From NCBI GenBank assembly GCA_012295275.1, contig CM022667.1, forward strand, positions 2,232,001 through 2,296,000: 64,000 nt of DNA, given 5' to 3'. Both the position numbers and the translations under genes were made by a program. The notes below the pieces were generated by a model, which was not told where the DNA came from, did no database searches, and saw only the letters and a list, made by a program, of their open reading frames with translations. The DNA comes from Chrysomallon squamiferum (lineage: Eukaryota; Animalia; Mollusca). Shown piece after piece: positions 12,792-27,710 of the stretch; within the stretch, counting starts at the first letter, position 1; the number at the start of each line of letters is the position of its first letter.

Positions 12792-13787
12792 AAACACAGA
12801 CATGCATATAGTTACATATATAATTTCCATTACTGTTTGCTATTTCTGATCGCAATTCTATCATTTATATACATACATATTAAATGAATTATAAAGTTAA
12901 ATATTTTTAAACACTTCAAATAGCATCCAAAATTATTACTAGAATGATGCATGAATACACATCTTTCCATAACATTCTGACCATAAATATTATATTTTCC
13001 TTTTCAGAAATAGCAATACAATTGATTAGATTTAAACATTAAGATTATGCAAATCAGTTGATTTTAACTTCAAGCATGAATATGTTACATCACGAAATGA
13101 TTTGGTATTTACATTTAACATCATTATTATCTAAACCATCTCACATGGTTTAGGCACAAAAGTCCTATAGTTAATAATCATTGAACTGAACTCAACACTG
13201 AATGTCATCAGGTAATAGTATTTGTAAAACTTTGGATAGGTTTGTTAATTCTTTATGCAGCAGTTACTTGTTATATCTGAACTGTAAATACGGATCTAAA
13301 ATTTGGCTAAGCAGTGTATTGGGACAAAAAAAATAATAATTGTAAAAGATAGTTTATGCAGGTGGCATCTGGTAGGTGAAAATAATAATAATAATAATAA
13401 AGAAACTGCATCACCATACTGGTTCAGAAAATTAATAAGAAACATAATGAGTCATCCTTGGTGGATGAAAAAAAAAAAAAAAATTTTTTTTTATATTAGA
13501 TTAAGGTTTGAATAAACTGATGATAGTTTTGTTGGCTGTTTTATGAACATATAAAAATACCATGCACAGACCAATAGATGCTCACATGCAACTCACATAC
13601 AGATAAAAACGTTATTTAATAGAAATTTATAAAATAGCATATGAAGTAATTATCTTAATGAACAAAATGTGTGCATCCATATATCTGTATGCACGCATGC
13701 TGTCAAAACAATTTCGAAATATCCAAAATTAAAACCTAAAATATTTCTTCACATCAACCTTTATTACTGAACATTTTTTTTTTTTTT

Positions 13788-13829
<42 letters not shown>

Positions 13830-14131
13830 GTGATTTAAATTAGCAAACAGAAAAATATTTGATTAATTATTAACTCCTGAACTAGTAAAGTGCATTGATT
13901 TTGAAGTCTGTGACATTTGTTATCTGACAGTGACAAATACAGATAATTAATTAGCTTTATATTTAATTCATTTCTCTTAATAACTGCAAAGTTCATTGCC
14001 TGGACAGAAAACAAACCCATAGCTAAGAGGTTACATCCTTTGAGTTAATGTTTTCCATTTAGAATTACACCATATTAAAAAATACTAAATTAAAAAAGAA
14101 ATTTCTTGTATTTCTTTAAATTTAATTGTTT

Positions 14132-14174
<43 letters not shown>

Positions 14175-15622
14175 TTTTAATTTAGTTCTGATTTATTGCA
14201 GCTTTTTTTGATGTTGATAGTATTTTGTTCTTTGTTCTTGTTAGAGTTGAATGCTTCTTTCCAGATCTGCATGAGAATTGTATCAAAGATTACATATATG
14301 CATCACTGAAATAAAGGATCATACTGTTGTGTTGTAATGTTTCTATACAGTTAATTTCAGTTAATGGCCAAGAAGTATCCACACTGTCCACTATTCATTG
14401 GTCATCAGTGACCACTGAATAAAGTAATTTGTATCATCATTAGTCTTAATTAAGATGACTATGAGAGGGAAAATAGACAATAGTAATTAGTAAATTTTAT
14501 AACAAAACAAAACAAAAATTATAAAATTAAAAGGAAGAAGAAGAAAGAAAGAGACTGTGGGATTCAGAAAATTTAATAACCATCCAGAGATCTTTTAAGT
14601 TTCCATGCTAAGCATTATGTGCTATATAAATGTACAGACATCTCTTACAGTGCTAGTGTCCCTTTCATGGTCTGTGGGATTACAGTGTTATTAATGAGTG
14701 CCAGCGATAGTGTTTTATAGATTCTCGTGGCTAGTTGTGTTGTTGCATTTATGTTTCGCAGTATTCCATTACCCAGAGGTGGTGTGGATGGTAAAAGATA
14801 GGCATTGTTTTTCATCCCTTGACATGAGAAAGAAGATCCATGTCACGATTGTAAATTATTATTGTTATTTTTAAATATTCACAAAATACAGCATTAACTT
14901 AGTTTGTGAATAAATGACTGTGATGTGTTTTAATTAAAAGATTAAATCATACGTGTTCGTGTTTCATAAATAAAAGTTTATTGGTCCCAGATGATTGCCA
15001 ACGGTGACTTGGTGTCTGTATTTCACCCTGTTAACAATAATTATTCCAAATTACCGAAAGTATTTGTTTTACTGTTTTCGTATTCCTATCAAGATTTATG
15101 ACGCCGTTAGGGAAAAAGTATTATTAACAATTTGTACATGAGAACTTTTACATAAATAATGGAATACTGCTGATAATGTTTTGCATATGTCTGTATATTT
15201 ATTGTTTGTGACTCTATGTATTATGTATCTACGTATATGTCTGTCTGTCTCAAATTATTGTATCTCGGACATACAAAATCTAATTAACACTATGATGCAG
15301 GTAAAACAAAATTCCATCTTACAAATCAGATAAAAGAAGTCATTATACTGTTTCACATAATTTTACCCCACGAAAAATATAATCATGATAATTAGAAATA
15401 TTAAATATTAGCGGACATGTCAGTGGCATTACGGTGCATAAATAACAGTGTCTGATGTTTTAAGTAGTGTGTGATGGTGTTTTAATTTGAAAAATAATTA
15501 TAAATTATCAGAGTAATTGTGACATACTCTCCAAAACTGTAGAGTTGATGGGCAAAGAAAACAAGATGGCAGATGAAAAGAAGAAGTAGATGGGTTATTT
15601 ATACATAAAATGCACGTGCACA

Positions 15623-15667
<45 letters not shown>

Positions 15668-17456
15668 TTATATGTACATTATTCATTCATTATGATGACA
15701 TTGTGTCATAAAATGTAAATTAATACTGATTAAATAGCAGGCAGCTCTGTGTCAATACATCAGTTTTACCAAATATTCTAACTTGTTACAAACACAAATT
15801 TTGTAAAGACTGAGTCTGTAAATGTAAATTAATTATGAGAAGACTGAGTTGGTATGTGGACTGGAAAAAAACAACCTATTAAATTATTTATTTAACAAGA
15901 GTTAATCTGAAAAGAAAAACATTTTCTTCAATTTCTTTATATATATTTTTTCATTTTTATATTTAATAACTATTTCTGTTGTGTTTTTTATTAATCGTTT
16001 TTTTTTTTTAAAGAAAAACATTTTCTACTATACATATATATATGTGTGTGTATGTGTGTCTGTCTGTCTGTCTGTCTGAGTCTGGTGTTGTTTTGTTTTT
16101 TGTTTATTTGTTTTTATCCTTCTTGGTTTTTATCCTTCTTGTTTTTCTATGCATCAGTTTTTTCAACACTACTCTCCAAGAACAACTTGCTTGTATCAGA
16201 TCTGTTTGGATCCATAGCAGATCTAAGATAGTGGAGAGTAAAAATCCCAAACAGTTTCTGCTCAAGGAATTGACATGTTCATGTCTAACTTCAGTGCTCA
16301 CTAAACTGAGTTCAATTAGATAAATGGCTCTGGTTGGCACGGTGCACAAATAAAATGCTATTAGCATGAGTTTTATGTCCACATAAACACAATAGTTGAT
16401 TGGTTTTTGTGTCAAAGAAACACTATTTAAAACATTTCACCTGCTTAAGTCTGCCAGATCTAAATAAATGCAATTACTGTAGTAAAACCTAGTTAACGGA
16501 AAAACATCATGAAAATTGGTTTCCTTTTTTTTTCTTTTTTTTTTTTGCTGTTGTTGTTGTTGTTGTTGTTGTTGTTTCTTGTTTTTCCTTCTTTCAGAAT
16601 TGTGGACTGATCTGAGCAGTTGACAGCTGTGGTGATTGTGTGCTAGTTAACAGTAAAACCACAGATGTTAATCCTGTATGAATTCTGCTTTAGTATGTTT
16701 GTTTGAATGCAGGTATCCGTGTCTGTGTTATACATATTATATACATACTTGTGTGTACAAAACACATTGATGTAGATTGTCACTAATGACAATTATATGA
16801 ATAGAACAAAATAGATGTACATATATGCATACACACATGTATATACACATAAACACACATATATTCACCGACACATACACCCAAATACATATTCACATAC
16901 ACACATACTCATCCATAAGTACACAAAAAATTCATATAGTATCCATACATGAACATGTGCGTGCACATTGCTCTTTACATATATGGTTGCAACTTATGGT
17001 TTAGAAGATCTGGCAGTTACCTTAAGAAATTTACAAATTGCCATTATCGTACAGAGATAAAAGAGCCATATGCAAAAATATGTCAATGAAAGTAATCATT
17101 AGATAGTAACAGCTAGCCCATGTGTGACCTCCAATTAATCTCTCAATCAGATTCTCCAAATCAAAAACAAAAAAAAATTAAATTAAAAAATGTAATTGGA
17201 TTTTATTCTTTTTTTTCTCTCTCTTTTTCAAATTGCATTTTGTTTTTTTATTCATCATTTTAAGCCATCAAATTTCATTGGTTTAGGTTCATGTTTTTTT
17301 TTTTTTTTTTTTTTCATGGTTGTATGTCTGTTCTATTGATTTTATTTGATATTTTAATTATTTTTATGTTATTTTCATTAAAACCTGTAATATAGTTAGT
17401 TGATTACTAAAGCTGGGTTAAAAACAGACCTCTTTAAATTTAAAACATCAAGTTTG

Positions 17457-17458
<2 letters not shown>

Positions 17459-17524
<66 letters not shown>

Positions 17525-17540
17525 CATCATTATCATCATT
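17459..17540. repeat. (TTA)n(TCA)n microsatellite
   Basis: Read directly. Confidence 0.95.
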
Positions 17541-18654
17541 ACAGTATGTACAGTGAAAGAGAAAGATTTCATCATATGATTAATAATATTGTATTACATC
17601 CATTAATTACTCATATTTATGTCCATTAGCAATATTTCCTGTTCTAAACATATCACATTCTTTTTAACTTCCTGTTGCTATAATTATTTTTTAGCTTATT
17701 TGAATTAAAGCCTTGTCATTAAGTCAGTTTGAAGAGAGACTGCTTTTAATAAATTACTTGTTGGAATGCTTTTTTTAAACTGTCATATATTGGATTGGAA
17801 CAAAAGTTCACAGGATTTGTAAGTTGCATTCAAAGACAATTTTTAGATATTTGTAACAAGGTTTATTCAGCTTTCAAAATAGGGTGTGTGTATATGTATT
17901 TGTGTGTTACTGTGTATGTATGTAGATATGTATATCCGTCATATATGAAACAAAAAAAACATTCTCAAAATGCCACCTATTAAAAAATGCTGCATATTTG
18001 TTGTTCCAACCCAACTTATTTTCCTGATCATTGCTTCTGTCTTTGTCCAGGCTTCTAATTCTGATTAGAAGAGTATTTTATTTTTTTTTTTTTTTTATTA
18101 TTGGAACATTACAGCAACTATTGGAATGGGGGAAAAAAAACCTGTCTGTCTGACCTGAGGTTCATTGTTAATGATTTTCTGTGCTAAACTGATAAGAGTG
18201 AAAACACATCTTTTGAAGATTATACATCCTAACCTCAGCTAAATAATAAAATCAATATATAATTGTCAAATTGGCAAAATCTGATTTCCAGTTTCTGATT
18301 CTGTATATCACAGAATTACCACATTTTTTTTTTTTTTTTTTTTTTTTATCATACTTCTGTTTAATACAGAATAAATCTTCTGCTAATAATTTTTCTTGGC
18401 AATTAATGTCTCTACTGCAGTCTCCAGTGCAATAAATATATTTTATACATGTAAACTGTCTGATGTCTTCAAGGAGTAGAAAACAAATTTAAAAGTCTAA
18501 AACAAATAATAATGTTATTTATTTAAAGATTACCTTGTTAATTTTTATGAAATGTAGCTTTCTGAAACAACAGTATATAAATAATCTCTCTTAAAAAAAA
18601 AAGAAAAAAAGTAAAAGATCCTAATGCACTCTTTTACATTTGTAACAGAAAAGA

Positions 18655-18692
<38 letters not shown>

Positions 18693-21600
18693 CTACTTCC
18701 TCATTTCAAGCATTATGTAAGACTTACTTTTAAATCCAGAGTTAGCTGATTTATGTAAGATTTCTTTTAATCCCAGATTTGGTCAAAGACTTCAGACTGG
18801 AGAGTTATTATTTATTTTTCTAGCAGTTTGTTATTATTATATTATTTACTGAATGTATGTCTCATCAAATACTATATTCTAGGGTCTGGTATAACAAAGT
18901 TCATTTCAGTTCATTTCAATTCAGTTCAGTATAAGACTACAGTGTACTATAGGAACTTTGATAACAAAAAAGGATGTTGCTTCTGAAAAAGAAAGAAACA
19001 AGAGAAAAAAGAACATGCTAATAAATGTTAAAATATTTCATGTACTTCTTCTCTCGTTTTTTATTTTTTTTTTTTTTTCTATTTCTTTTCCTTTTTTTTT
19101 TTAATTACTTTTTATTTTTGTTTTGTTTTTTGCACTCAGTTGTCTATGTATAGGAAAACAATATATTCTACTACATAACAGGAACCTATGCACATTTTTA
19201 CCTTTATTATAAAAACAATTACGTTAAAAAAAAAAAAAAACATTTGCCATTTTATCAAATAATAAGGATTAGAAATAATATTTGAATATTTATTTTTCTG
19301 AATATCTGTTATTTCATATATTGTGGATATTGGTCTTGTTTTAAGTATATTCAAACAGAACTCTTTATTTAGATTGTTTATTTGGTGAAAGGAACAGCAG
19401 TTTTTTTTTCTATTTTCATATATTCCCTGGGAAGAATTATTTGTTCTCTATGATAATAGTATCAATGCACTGAAGCCAAAGAGAAAATTTTTGTTCATTA
19501 TAATTATTATTATTATAATGATAATAAAAAAAAAGGATTCAGTGATAGATAACTTTAGAATAGTTTCTTACATGAAAATGTTTTCTTATGTGGTCTATTT
19601 TGGTTTTTTCTATTACTAAAATAAAGCCAAATTCTTCTATTTTATGTAAACATTTCAAAAGAAAGAAAGAAAAAAAGTAAAATAAGTATATTTAGTGAAA
19701 TTAATTTTTTTTAAATTATTTTAGCATGGACATATTTCTGCAAAAAAAAAAAAAAAAAAAAAAAAATGTGAAAACAAAAAGAATGAATAAATTCAAGTGA
19801 AACATATCTTTAAAATACAGTCTTCTAAATGTTCAAGTTATCTTCAAAAATGGATTTCAAGATTTTGTAAAAAGTGAAAAAGAATCATTCTGAAGCCAAA
19901 GACATACTAAAAAGACCTCTAGGCAGATTTGTATCAAAAGAAACAAATTAGCACTTCCAGCAATTGGTTGTTACTTGTTTTTGATCAAATACAGATTTAT
20001 TGAAATAAACCTTCTTTTCAATCTTTCTTTCTTGACATTCCTGTGCTTGAAAGGTTTTCATAGAGCTTTTCAAAGTATGAAAGGATTGTTCCTCAGTGTT
20101 TGGTTCAGATGTGACGTGTGAAATAGAAAGAAACAAACAGGGAAAAACTTTAAAATATATTCAACTGATAAAAGCAATGGTCATCAAAAAAAAAAAAACA
20201 GATCAGGAAAAAGTTATATCCTTTTAGTTTCAGATAAACAAAACCAAATAAATATGGTCATAACTGTAGTTAATATTTAATGCAGAAATCAGGCATTTTT
20301 GTAAAGTAAAGTTGGTTTTAAAAGTATACTGTTCATTTTTTTTATTATTATTTTTTACTCTTTTTTTTTATTATTATTATATTTTTTTCTTGTCTCAACA
20401 TCAGGCATTCTTTCAACAAATGATATCAGACACCTGGCAGCATAAACATTTTTACAAATTACGTTGATGCAATTATAGATCTGCTAATAAGGTTAGATAG
20501 AGCTTCCTGTCACCTCACCAACGAAGTACAAAACATCAGATTTACATTTCTTTTTGAAAACCTAATAAACTAATTTAATGCTGGTATGTTTAGTGCTACT
20601 GAAACTTGAAAGCTTTTCATGGAAAGTTTTGGAAATGTTCATCAGACAGAAACTTGGTGTGTTGTCAACTAGTAGTCATCGTATGGTTTCTAGACCGGAA
20701 ACAAGAGAGTTTGCACTTCACAAAATATTAGAATAGTTTAAATGACACTGATTAACATACCAAAATAAATCACTTGTATGTGTATTGTAAAAGATATTAA
20801 ATATAATATAATTACTCCAAGACCTATATATAAACACCTACTTAATTATACACACCTATTCATACACACTGTCAGACACACACACACATAACATAGACAG
20901 ACATACATATATCCGTTAAATCCACACTCAGATGTATACATTATTACATGAACATTCAGACACACAGCTAACGACAGATATGATTAAAACAAAGAACCAC
21001 TTACTGTTGGAGAGGTCTAATGACCGAACTTTTTATTAGATAATAATGAAATCAATGAAATCGTAGAGACAACAATACTTGCTGATATTAGGTTAACATC
21101 AAATGGAAACAATCACATTTGTTTTGCCTCACCTGACAGTATTTAATTTAGTTCTGTGTTAGTTTCCATGCACCTTCTAATCACATAGTTTACAGTTTTG
21201 TTAACTGTGCATATTAAACTGCATGGCCTTAGCATTAGCAGTTTCAGGGATCTTATTATTATTACCATCTTCTAAACAAAGTGTATTAACGATGTGAAAA
21301 GCCATTATACCCTTTGTAACTAAGATAATTACTTCACGAGAAGGAAAAAAAAAATCCTTTTAAAATGTCCTCTTCTTTTTCTATGGTAATGTTACTATTA
21401 GCATGTTCAAACTAAATTGGTTTTAAAGGAAAAACGGGGGGGGGGGCGAAAAGATACTTTATAAAGAAATAGCGATGTGGAAATTTCTACAGCATTTCTG
21501 TTTGCCATGGATGGTAATGGACACTGATGGTCAAACAACCACAGTTTGCATAGTAGAATAACATGCTTCACAAACAGTACATTTACTTTATGAAATCAGA

Positions 21601-23450
21601 AAGTTAATTTGATATTTCCAGTTTATTTCTTGTGTATCACAGAAGAATAAAATGGCCTTTCATGCTATTAATCTGTTTGATAGTGATAATGAAAATATGA
21701 GATTAAAAATTTCAGTAAAAGTAATCATATAATCATTCCATACACTTCTAAGAATAATGTAAATTTACTTGTTTGATGTTACTGTTGTGTTAGAACAAAA
21801 ATAATGTGAAACTGGAAAATTATTATTATGACATGAACAAAAGAGAAATGCTATGTTTTTCCATATTTATCTTTACAATGAAGTTAAAAATATATTTCAG
21901 TTTTCATAATTGTTATTCATACTCCACTGATTAAAATGTCATATTGTTGGGCTTTCACTTCTGTAATAATTATAAGAAGAAGAACTTAAATAAATTAAAT
22001 AAAAGTGGTGATGGATACTTCCATTCTAAGGTGTGTAAGGTGGCTTGTTTTATGTAAATACCACAATACTTTAAGAAAGAAAATTCATCACAGATTCATA
22101 CTGAAGCTGAGAACTAAGTAATTTAACTAACGAAATTAGAAAAGTCCTTGAAGGTGGTGCCTAGATGATTTAATCTGTGATCCTGTTGAACATCCCAAAA
22201 GCAACAGTATTGATAAGTTGACTTAGTAAATGTGATCATGTTTTCCATTAAATGGAATAAACAGTCTGAGTAAATAATGAGAAATGTAATAAACATTTTA
22301 CCATTGAAATTTTGATGAAATAAACACCTCTAAGGCAATAGAATAAATGTGATAAACAATTCCACACATATCCTATGGAATAAACACTGTCTGAATGAAG
22401 AAGGTAAATATGATTACCTTTTCTGTTGAAAGTGCTCTTGGATAAACACATTTTTATACACTACAACTTTTTCCAATTCAAATTGTTATGAAATAAACAG
22501 TTTGAATCTAGAAAGTTTTCCTCTGAAAAACATAAAGAACAAATACACTTTTAAGACCATCAAGTAATTAACATTTACCAGACCATAGGCATAAAGATAG
22601 TCTTGAATCTGCTATGGGTAAGAAGTGGTTTTTCAGTTGACTATATCATATACTGAATTCATATGCTAACATATCTACCAATGTGCCTTAACCCACTATA
22701 AATGTCCTGAGTTTTTCCCATTACAGAAATTGATAGATGCTATTTAATAACAAAAGAAGCATTTGTTGTCTTTTTGGCATAGAGGAAAAATATGTACTCA
22801 GATTTGCCTTTTTAAATTGATCTGCTTCTGTACGTTCTTTCCTTCATTTCTTTTTTTTTTTCTCTCTAATCTTAATTTTAAATAACAATATCTGCTGTAA
22901 AAAAAAAAAAAAAGTATTGAATAAATAAATAAATTATTAATTAATTAATAATGAAATATATAAGTATAAAATAATGGAAATTGTAAAAAATAATTTAACA
23001 ATCTGGAACTAAAGGAATTAACTTGACATTGACCAAGAATCATATTAACTGTTGTGATAAATGTCATTTTTCGTCACAGACTGTCTAAGTCTGTTGCCAA
23101 TGGCGTTAACTCTTGAGTCGACAGTCTGCAAGCTGTCCATGTATGAAATGATCTAATTTGACAAAAAAACATGAACTATAAATCTTTTTGCCATGAGTCT
23201 CTCGAGTTTATCTTGGTGTCAGCGAGACAGTAATTGTGTAAGTAGCCAAATGGATTTCCTATTTTCAGATAAATTACTTTTCATGTCATTACTCTAAAGA
23301 TGATGAATGCAGTGATAGTCTGCAGTGAAATGAAGATTTTGTATCATATGATTCTTTTAAGAAAAAAAAACTATTTTTTTTTTTTGAATTCTAAAAATCT
23401 GAAAGTCATAATGAATAATTAAAGACAGATTCTGCCAAAGAAAAATACAA

Positions 23451-23508
<58 letters not shown>

Positions 23509-23539
23509 AATAACTTATAATCTTGATAAAAGTAAATTT

Positions 23540-23950
23540 AATTGGTTAAGGTATTCATATATGTTTAGATGGTTAAATTACTCATCAAGGTTTAAAGTAT
23601 CGATCTTAGATTTAAATTATTAAGATATCCATGTGATTTTTTTTTCTTATGGTATCCATGTTATTTTCAAATGATAAAAGTATTATATTATTTTTGAATG
23701 ATACAGTATCTGTGATATGTTTAAAAGATTAAGATATTATATTTTAAAATAATTATTATATCCATGGTATTTTTAAACAGGTGTGGTGTGTAAGTATTTT
23801 AAGTAGTTATGGTATTCATGGTATGTTTTAAATAGTTATACTATGCATAGTATTTCATAATAATTATGCTATCCCTGATATTTCAAAATAATTAGGTGTT
23901 ATCTATGAATTTTTAAAATTGTTATAATATATCTATTGTATGTTTAACTG
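23540..23950. repeat. Highly degenerate ~30-35 bp minisatellite
   Basis: Recurring GGTATCCATGGTATTTTAAATA(G/A)TTA-like units. Confidence 0.55.
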
Positions 23951-24569
23951 GTTCAGGTGGTAACAGCTTACATAGTAAATCTGTTTACTGTAAAAAGTTC
24001 ATCCAGCCATGGTCATTTGTAACACCCAACAGCTACATGTGCTTGAAATAGTTTTATAATTATCACTGTAAATTTATATTCAAAGAGAGAAACACTTAAA
24101 AGAAAATGTTTAAGCATCTGTCCAATTGAAAGTAAAAGGAATATTGGTTTTTATGGTCTTTTCATTGTTCAGAAAATTATCGTTGTAAATAAAATGTGTT
24201 TTATATTTTGTGTAATTGTTAATAATAGTGATTATTTTTAAGCATCCATTCACTTCAAAAGTGAAAGGAATATTAGTTTTTATGATATCTTATTGTACAG
24301 TAAATTATCATCATAAACAAAATCTGTTTGTATTTGCGTAGTGTAATATTAGTGAGTATAAAAACAGAAAATGTAGTTTTTTTATTTACAGAGACCTTGA
24401 AAAGTTATATCCTAATTGAATTCTTCATTCTCATTAGCTGAAAAAGACAGCTAAAAAGATTAATCAAATTTGAAGTCTACTGCCATATGTTTAGATCAGA
24501 TAACATGTTTGTTCTTTTAGTTTACTTTCAGACATTGTCCGTTCATCATGTTATTAAAATAATATAATA

Positions 24570-25090
24570 ATTTTAAAATATGACCATTTATGTAGTTTTT
24601 GTCTGATCCAGAATTATTCAGTAATGATATCATTATGAAATATCACCATCTTTGTAGTTTCTGCCTTAACTCCTCATTTAGACCATGTTCATAAGTAATA
24701 TAAACATTGTAAAATATTACCTTCATTGTTTTTCTGCTTTCACTCCTCATCCAGACCATATTCAGTAATATAATTGTAAAATATTACCATCTATATAGTT
24801 TTTGATAGATATCATAATTTTCTTGCACAATAACCATTGTAAAAGTCTAAAATACCCCATCTTTCCAGTTTTTTCATTAAGTTTAAAACATTATTTAAAT
24901 CACACTGTAAAGTAAAAAAATCATTATGAAATATCACCATCTATGTAGTGTTTGACTGATACTATAATTATTAAGCAATTATAATCATTGTAATATATCA
25001 TGATCTATTTAGTTTCTGCCCTAAGACATTTAGATCTTGTTGTTAAGTAATGTAATACTGACCTCAAGGTAACATCTATGCAGTTTATCT
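24570..25090. repeat. Degenerate ~60-bp tandem repeat
   Basis: Recurring CATT(G/A)T(A/G)AAATAT(C/T)ACCATCT(A/T)TGTAGTTT units. Confidence 0.65.
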
Positions 25091-25571
25091 AAATTATTAT
25101 GCAATCCACCATTTGTACGTTGTTATTAGAGTGAAGATGAGCTAGTATAATAGTACTGCTAATTGTTAGTTTCAGTGTCTCTCTTTCAAGATGACTGGCT
25201 TGTTCAGATGAATACATGTGTTACTAAAAGAAGCCACATAAACAAAATGTGGTTTATATATTTTATCCATTTGCTTGGTTTCACTGATGTCAGTGTTTTA
25301 TGTATTCAACTATAGATTATATACCACACTGATAATTAGCAATTAATAAAACTGTGTATTAAATTTCCTTAACAGCAGTTAAAAATGTAAACCTGTAACA
25401 TTTATGTAATGTAACTCATTTACATTTTGTCCAATGTCATTCTAGAAAAGATGTATGGTTTTTAGGCATTTTGTGTATTAACAACAACAAAAAAATAATA
25501 ATAATAAAACAATTAAAGGCAAGAAAGAAATTATGAAATCATGTGAAAAGCATTTTGTGAAATCACTGAAT

Positions 25572-25866
25572 GTTTGATATAGTGAAACATAGTTAAAAGA
25601 AATGACACTGCCAGAAAAATGTAAAACAGTAATGAAAAGGGTAAAACTTAGCAATCCTGATATCAGTGTTGTACATAGTTTGATATAGTTAAACATAGTT
25701 AAAAGAAATGACACTGCCAGAAAAATGTAAAACAGTAATGAAAAGGGTAAAACTTAGTAATCCTGATATCAGTGTTGTACATAGTTTGATATAGTTAAAC
25801 AGAGTTAAAAGAAATGACACTGCCAGAAAAATGTAAAACAGTAATGAAAAGGGTAAAACTTAGTAA
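25572..25866. repeat. Near-perfect 106-bp tandem repeat, about 2.8 copies
   Basis: ATGACACTGCCAGAAAAATG recurs at 25602, 25708 and 25814. Confidence 0.92.
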
Positions 25867-27118
25867 TGAAAAGCACTGGTGATCCCTAATTAAATAGTAA
25901 ACTGTAGTAAGAATTCAGCAAAAACAGTAAAATAATGGACACATAATAATAAAATATCACCAAACAATAAATGTTAATGTATTAAATATAGGTAGGTAGT
26001 TTTAATAAAATCACATAAGGCCATAATAATAATAAATAAATTTATAAAACAAAAAAATTAAAAATATCTATTGTACAGCAATAAAAACAAAATGTCACTA
26101 AATTTGGTGCATTAAGCCTTTTTTTATTCTACTTTTCAACACAGTTCTGCATGGAGTAATGCAACCAATCTAATTTTATCTTAATTTATCTTTTTTCTTT
26201 TTATTCTGTTTTTTTTTTTTTTTTTTTTTTTTTTTAGTTTAAGAATATAAAAAATAAAATAAATAAACTTTAAAAAAGTGTTATTTGCAAGTTTTATTTT
26301 TGGATCTATTCAAAATTGTACAGTTGTCACTTTAGCATTAAGAATTTCAAACTGCTTGCAGTGATGTGTAAAATTTCTGTTAGCCCTACTTAAATACAAA
26401 ATGGTTTTACTGGAACCATGGTAATCAGAATTAGATTATACTAGTGATTTTAATGGAAGAATACACTTTTTGTGTCAGCATTATGTAAACAAGAACCTTC
26501 TTTATGGATCGTCAAATTTTGATCATTTACATAATTAAATAAAAAAAACATATAACAAGACAGTTGGTGTAGTTAATCTTTTTTTTCCTTTTTTTTTTCT
26601 TTTTAAGTAAATAAACGTTATCACATAATGATAATTCAGTTACTCATTAATTTATGCTTAATCCAGTATACTTTTATCTCATTGATGGTTTTTTAATTTT
26701 AATTCTTTTTTTTTTTTTAATGACAAAAAAGTTCATCTTTTTTACTGTTGATTTAAATATAATAAACAGGATAAAAATGGTCATAAGCTATTGCTAATGT
26801 TCAGTTCAGAACATAAATTTCTATGTATTGTTCATAAAAAAGGTCATGAATTTTTTATAACTATTTTAAATTCTTATTTCTGCATTATACATTCTTTCAA
26901 TAAAGGATATTACACACTTGGGAAATAACTGAAATGTTAATACTTACAAAAAAGAAAGCTTTTTATTTGACAAAAGTGTCTATCATAATTTGAAAAGAGA
27001 ATCATAAACCTGTTGTATTATATTTACAGAAAATCTGAAACATAAAGAAAATCATCATTTAAAACACTGCCTATATCTCAAGAATCTTGGATTAACATTT
27101 AACCACATTTATATTTTT

Positions 27119-27170
<52 letters not shown>

Positions 27171-27710
27171 ATTCATAATAAGATTTTTTTTAAAAAGAAG
27201 ATAAGTTTAAAATATTCTAGCACATAAAACAAAACAAAATATTGAAAAAGTTTTTTGTAAAATAAAAGAAACAAACTGTGGAATCAGACGCTGGATTTAA
27301 TTTCCCCAACATGTGTCTGAACTGTATAAACCAAATTTTCAATATAAAATGAAATATGTGATAATCATAAAGTACATTGCAATCAAATCTGATTGATAAA
27401 TCTTTTTTTCTCTTTTTTTTCTCCTTTTTTTTTTTATCTCAGTATATAAAAGTCATTAATATGATAGGGTAATTGATAGGAACTCGGGAAAAAAAAAAAG
27501 TATAAGAAATAAATCTATTTGAACTAATATCAAAAGACTGATATATGACAAAAGGAAACTACCAACTAATGTTTTTATTTTTTCTATTTTGTATCAATTT
27601 TTCTTTTTTAACCTCTCAATTCTGGTAGATTTACTTCATAAAGTAATGTTATTTGAACTTTGTTTTAAGATTTATCTCTGTTTTAATATTATAAAAAAAA
27701 ATGATAAAGT

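Noticed and set aside
13774-13823. T-run facing an A-run, forming a potential hairpin
   Set aside because: Homopolymer runs are ubiquitous in this window, and there is no target-site duplication or element body to suggest a retro-insertion.
23297-23356. Box C-like ATGATGA with a short terminal stem
   Set aside because: No canonical CTGA box D at the matching end and no recognisable rRNA guide.
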